A DNA stretch of 64,000 nt, taken from NCBI GenBank assembly GCA_021613535.1, contig CP075495.1:15810001-15874000 (forward strand). Direction: 5' to 3'. Made by a program: the position numbers and the translations under genes. The stretch comes from Adineta vaga (Eukaryota; Animalia; Rotifera). The notes under the pieces are model-generated. The model was not told the DNA's origin. It saw nothing but the letters and a program-made list of their open reading frames with translations, and ran no database searches. Of the stretch, positions 63,888 to 64,000 are shown piece by piece. Positions within the stretch are counted from its first letter, which is position 1. Each line of letters opens with the position of its first letter.

Positions 63888-64000
63888 AGAAATATTAAAG
63901 AACTTGTATAAATATTAAGTAATTGTGTTTTGTTTAGTAGTTGATGTAGAAAGAATGAATAACTTAATCAAAGATGATCAGATAAAAAATGATCTAATTA

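Overview
Very AT-rich eukaryotic DNA with short (about 50-60 bp) GT-AG introns. It is most likely from a bdelloid rotifer; this is an inference from intron size, bdelloid-type F-box and Cys-rich transmembrane families, and many non-animal genes mixed with animal ones. Animal genes present: FoxO, an NR1-type nuclear receptor, a DYRK kinase, an achaete-scute bHLH, CCDC89-like, tincar-like and an LCCL/C-lectin/EGF receptor. They are interleaved with candidate foreign genes: a Baeyer-Villiger monooxygenase, a GH78 rhamnosidase, an EI24/Rrt8-like protein, a fungal-type mitochondrial phosphate carrier, a formaldehyde-dehydrogenase-like Zn-ADH, an SDR, an NTF2/SnoaL-like protein and a restriction-endonuclease-fold ORF. 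The window also holds a solo 5S rRNA gene, a candidate H/ACA snoRNA, many non-autonomous DNA elements (hAT, piggyBac, Tigger, Helentron/DINE-1-like, a CCCAGG family), several pseudogenes and short telomere-like tracts at junctions. The best candidate for an undescribed system is a secreted 668-aa protein that appears to be built from three divergent copies of one unknown domain. It has toxin-like features and lies next to a 10-Cys secreted peptide and a lectin receptor. All family assignments come from motifs recognised by eye; no database searches were run.
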